A stretch of DNA of 64,000 nucleotides from an uncultured Gemmatimonadota bacterium. Its GTDB lineage: Bacteria; JAAXHH01. A model generated the notes under the pieces. That model did not search any database. It saw only the letters and a list, made by a program, of their open reading frames with translations, and had not been told where the DNA came from. A program made the position numbers and the translations under genes. Below are positions 60,893 through 64,000 of the stretch, piece by piece. The stretch's first letter is position 1; every line of letters begins with the position of its first letter. Location of the stretch: the NCBI GenBank assembly GCA_951812955.1, contig OX638340.1, forward strand, positions 64,001 to 128,000, written 5' to 3'.

Positions 60893-62074
60893 ATGCCTCG
60901 TATCAGAAAGGGACTGTCCACCCGCTCCGTGCACGGAGGGGAGCACCGCGACAAGCCGTTCTCCTCGGTGACCAATCCCATCGTCCAGACGTCCACTTAT
61001 GTATTTCAGAATACGCAGGAACTAATCGACTATACGACCGGAGGGGTCGACCGGGAAGAATACGGGCGCTACGGCAACCCCACCAAGTCGGTGGCGGAGC
61101 GCAAAATTGCCGAATTGGAAGGTGGAGAGGAAGCCGCTCTTTTCTCATCGGGCATGAGCGCGTTCACTTCCGTATTGCTCGCCATGCTTTCAACCGGCGC
61201 CCACGTGATCGTCATGGACGAATGTTACCGGCGCAGCCGCCAGTTCTGCAGGCAGATACTGCCGAGATACAATATCGACGTGACCTTCGTGAAGACGGGC
61301 GATTACGACGAACTCGAATCCTCGATCAACGACAAGACCCGACTCATCGTATCCGAATCTCCGACGAATCCGTACCTGAACGTGATCGATCTGGAGAAGG
61401 TAACGGAGATCGCCGCCAGGCACCGGGTCAAGGTGTTGATCGACGGCACTTTCGCCACGCCCTACAACCAGAAGCCCCTGGATTTCGGAATCGACCTCGT
61501 GCTTCACAGCGCCACCAAGTACCTCGGAGGGCACAACGACCTGCTTTCCGGCGCCATCGTGGGCAGCGCTTCCCTCATTTCCGCAATACGCGAGTTCCGC
61601 GACGTCACGGGCGGAATAGTCGACCCGCACGGCGCGTACCTGCTGATCCGCGGACTGAAGACCTTCGCTCTGCGGATGGAACAACACAACGCGAACGGCC
61701 TCGCCGTCGCCCGTTACCTGGACGGCCATCCCCGTATCCGGAGGACCTACTATCCCGGTCTGGAAAGCCACGCGGGCCATGAAACGGCGCGCAGGCAGAT
61801 GAGTGGATTCGGCGGGGTGGTGAGCTTCGAAGTCGACGGCGACATGGAAACGACTATCCGCTTCATCGATGCGATGCGCATTCCCTATATCGCGCCGAGC
61901 CTGGGCGGCGTGGAGAGCCTGATCGAACAACCCGCCATCATGTCGTTCTATGAGATGGACCGGTCCGAACGCCTGGAGATAGGCATCAAGGACGAACTCG
62001 TCCGGTTTTCCGTGGGCATTGAAAACGCCGACGATTTGATCGCCGACCTGGAACAGGCCCTGGGGAAGATCTAG
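60893..62074 (+). CDS. PLP-dependent Cys/Met-metabolism enzyme (cystathionine gamma-synthase / beta-lyase / O-acylhomoserine sulfhydrylase family)
   Basis: The PLP-Lys motif is ...LHSATKYLGGHND.... The start is the ATG at 60893, preceded by AAGGAAA. The ORF caller's GTG at 60839 is less likely. Confidence 0.85.
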   Translation: MPRIRKGLSTRSVHGGEHRDKPFSSVTNPIVQTSTYVFQNTQELIDYTTGGVDREEYGRYGNPTKSVAERKIAELEGGEEAALFSSGMSAFTSVLLAMLSTGAHVIVMDECYRRSRQFCRQILPRYNIDVTFVKTGDYDELESSINDKTRLIVSESPTNPYLNVIDLEKVTEIAARHRVKVLIDGTFATPYNQKPLDFGIDLVLHSATKYLGGHNDLLSGAIVGSASLISAIREFRDVTGGIVDPHGAYLLIRGLKTFALRMEQHNANGLAVARYLDGHPRIRRTYYPGLESHAGHETARRQMSGFGGVVSFEVDGDMETTIRFIDAMRIPYIAPSLGGVESLIEQPAIMSFYEMDRSERLEIGIKDELVRFSVGIENADDLIADLEQALGKI

Positions 62075-62163
62075 ACTGCGCAGGCCTGTCGAAGGCGTTG
62101 CTGGCCTGTCGAAGGCGTTGCCGATCGGTAGTAGGCGTTGTTGGCCCGTCGACTGTGCAGGAA

Positions 62164-62235
62164 CTCCGGGGCCAGGATTCGAACCTGGATAGCCAGAACC
62201 AAAATCTGGTGTCCTGCCAATTGAACGACCCCGGA
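62164..62235 (-). tRNA. tRNA-Gln (anticodon UUG)
   Basis: The reverse complement is TCCGGGGTCGTTCAATTGGCAGGACACCAGATTTTGGTTCTGGCTATCCAGGTTCGAATCCTGGCCCCGGA plus discriminator G. The anticodon loop is TTTTGGT. Confidence 0.85.
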
Positions 62236-62239
62236 TTAT

Positions 62240-62590
62240 TCACGGTCCGGTCGGTGTCACGGACCGTAAGACTTCCACTTGCGAGGCGATCTCGCACGCC
62301 CCCGTTTCCGCATCTCTTTCAGCCCGGTACCGGAGCACGGTGTCGGCGGTGATTTCCAGTGTGTCACGTGCGACGCCTGAACAGGTGGGCGATTCCACCG
62401 ACATGATCTGGGTCCCGGCCTTCACGGATCGGAACTCCGTATACGCGCCTACCGGCAGTCCCCTCGTATCACCCGCCAGGTCGACCCGAATGGCTTCGGT
62501 ACTTTCCAGTGTATTGTAAACGGTCAGTACGAAGGAGTCTCCGCCCCCGCAGGAGGCGTACAGAAATGCCGTGACGAACAGGGCAAACAT
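62240..62590 (-). CDS. Small lipoprotein (lipobox LYASC)
   Basis: MFALFVTAFLYASCGGGDS... gives a signal peptide plus Cys lipobox, about 115 aa mature. Its stop lies 5 nt from the tRNA-Gln 5' end. Confidence 0.55.
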   Translation of the reverse strand: MFALFVTAFLYASCGGGDSFVLTVYNTLESTEAIRVDLAGDTRGLPVGAYTEFRSVKAGTQIMSVESPTCSGVARDTLEITADTVLRYRAERDAETGACEIASQVEVLRSVTPTGP

Positions 62591-62855
62591 GCTGCCGGCT
62601 CGTCTGGGTGCAGACCCTGATCCTTCGATTCCATCCATGACTGTACCCGAGACCGTTCCGTCGGGTGCTTTGCGCAAACACCGGGCACCTTCCCCACGGC
62701 GCGGCTTCCGACAGTTTCCTGCGCACCGAGATTCCTGCGGTGCGGCTCAATCTACCCGGACCGGTGCCGTATGTCAATCGGAAGTTGACCGCCAGACCGC
62801 GTAGACCGGCGGCCTGCCTTGGCCCTCTGACCGGCGGCCAGCCTGGGCCTGCGAT

Positions 62856-62897
62856 GACCGTACCTGCGTTCCCGTTATGACCGTACCCCGGTTCCCG
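62856..62897 (+). promoter_or_regulatory. Two tandem 20-bp direct repeats (TGACCGTACCYSSGTTCCCG) upstream of the SBP promoter, candidate regulator binding site
   Basis: Copies at 62856-62875 and 62878-62897 differ at 3 positions. They lie about 30 bp upstream of the -35 element. Confidence 0.35.
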
Positions 62898-62927
62898 CGT
62901 TCGCCCGTGTCCCCGGGCGTAAACAGC

Positions 62928-62956
62928 TTGACAGGATCTCTGATCGATTGTAAAAT
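62928..62956 (+). promoter_or_regulatory. Near-consensus sigma-70 promoter (TTGACA-N17-TAAAAT) for the SBP gene
   Basis: TTGACA at 62928-62933 and TAAAAT at 62951-62956. The ATG is at 63012. Confidence 0.5.
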
Positions 62957-63011
62957 GTTGGTACTCACACGTTTCCCTCCTACACATAGTGGTACTTCAG
63001 GCGGTATTTTC

Positions 63012-64000
63012 ATGCTGAAGGCACGGCATTTCCCGGTCAATCACCTGTTTGCCTGCACGTTGATGCTGGGACTGTCCCTTTTGTCCAGGCCTGATGCGGC
63101 ACGCGGTCAGAGTCCGGAGCAGCAGGTCCGCCCGGTCCTGCAAGGCGGTACGGTCACCATCGGCAAAGTGGCCGCAGGGGATCTCACCTTCCACCCCCTG
63201 TTCAACAGCCTGGGGGTGGAGAGAGAAATAGCCTCGTTGATCTACGGGGAAGGCCTGCTTCGCGTAGATGATTCAGGCATGCCTGCGGACGGGCTGGCCT
63301 ATCTGCCCATTAAGCTCTCAGGCGGCCGCGATTGGGTGTTCCGGCTCAAGCAGGATATTGAATTCCACGATGGGGAGCCGTTGACCGCCGCCGACGTGAT
63401 CTTCACGTACACCCGGTACAAGTCCTCCAGGGTATATGATCCCGTCTTTCACCGATATTTCCAAAACATCGAGCGGATAACCGCCCTCGATCGACAGACG
63501 GTCCGGATCATCATGAAGTCGCCGATCGAATCTTTTCCCAATCGGCTGGCGGCCCTGCCCATTTTGCCCGGGCACCAGATGGGCCGCGGCCTTTTCGCCG
63601 ACGCCGGTGCGCATCTGGAAACGACCCGCCCCATCGGACTGGGACCTTACCGCGTCGAGTCATGGCCCGTCAGCGATACGGTGACGCTCGCGGCCAACGA
63701 AAGCTGGCACCGGGGCCGCGCGAATCTGGACAGGGTGGTTTACCAATTCTACCCTACTTCAGAGTCCCTGCAGGCGGCCTTTATCGTGCGGGAGGTGGAT
63801 CTTATCGAGGTGGAACGAGACGGCACGTTGAAGGAACTGAAGCGGGCCCGTTCCGATGCGAGGATACAGGCGATCGTGCCTGGCAGCCGCGCTTTCTCCG
63901 CGGTCTTCTACAATAACCGGCATCCGATTCTTTCTAACACGGCTATCCGACGCGCGCTGACCTATGCCACGAACCGTCAGCGAATACTGGACGAGGTGCT
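63012..64000 (+). CDS. ABC transporter substrate-binding protein, family 5 (peptide/nickel/opine type), 3' end beyond window
   Basis: Signal peptide MLKARHFPVNHLFACTLMLGLSLLSRPDAA. The family-5 SBP motif is ...IEFHDGEPLTAADVIFTY.... The frame stays open to the end of the window. It is absent from the supplied ORF track because it has no in-window stop. Confidence 0.8.
   Translation, partial: MLKARHFPVNHLFACTLMLGLSLLSRPDAARGQSPEQQVRPVLQGGTVTIGKVAAGDLTFHPLFNSLGVEREIASLIYGEGLLRVDDSGMPADGLAYLPIKLSGGRDWVFRLKQDIEFHDGEPLTAADVIFTYTRYKSSRVYDPVFHRYFQNIERITALDRQTVRIIMKSPIESFPNRLAALPILPGHQMGRGLFADAGAHLETTRPIGLGPYRVESWPVSDTVTLAANESWHRGRANLDRVVYQFYPTSESLQAAFIVREVDLIEVERDGTLKELKRARSDARIQAIVPGSRAFSAVFYNNRHPILSNTAIRRALTYATNRQRILDEV

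Overview
This 64-kb window is a high-GC bacterial chromosome segment made mostly of conserved housekeeping operons, read here mainly from the protein translations. These include purA; efp-accB-accC-gcvH-gcvPA-gcvPB; rplM-rpsI-rpsB-tsf-frr-uppS-cdsA-dxr-rseP; folB-folK; groEL; nnr-nadC-birA; hisA; PDH-type E1 alpha/beta; an acyl-CoA mutase catalytic subunit; and a MetB/MetC-family enzyme. RNA genes found by eye are ssrA (tmRNA, minus strand, 11403..11766), two tandem tRNA-Lys (CUU and UUU), tRNA-His(GUG) with an encoded G-1 just upstream of efp, and tRNA-Gln(UUG). Between the first M20 peptidase gene and the 3' end of ssrA lies a roughly 10-kb segment (about 1.1 to 11.3 kb) with visibly lower GC. 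It looks like a horizontally acquired defence island inserted at the tmRNA/tRNA-Lys hotspot, and no integrase is visible. The island carries a SIR2-HerA pair, a HigB/HigA-like toxin-antitoxin pair, two large ORFs with no recognisable domains, and a compact four-gene operon. That operon encodes a PD-(D/E)xK nuclease-like protein, a small beta-grasp protein resembling prokaryotic multi-ubiquitin domains, a ThiF/E1-like adenylyltransferase with an unrecognised Cys-free N-terminal domain, and a Cys-rich 161-aa protein. It is my best candidate for a previously undescribed ubiquitin-like conjugation-type defence module. Other points of interest are a receiver-domain/glutamate-dehydrogenase fusion next to a hybrid histidine kinase with an HPt domain, in-frame tandem repeats inside a CCA/poly(A)-polymerase gene and inside dxr, a GC-rich Gly-X-Y-like repeat in a long intergenic region, groEL without an adjacent groES but with a CIRCE-like palindrome, and near-consensus sigma-70 promoters upstream of ssrA, tRNA-Lys, tRNA-His and the SBP gene.
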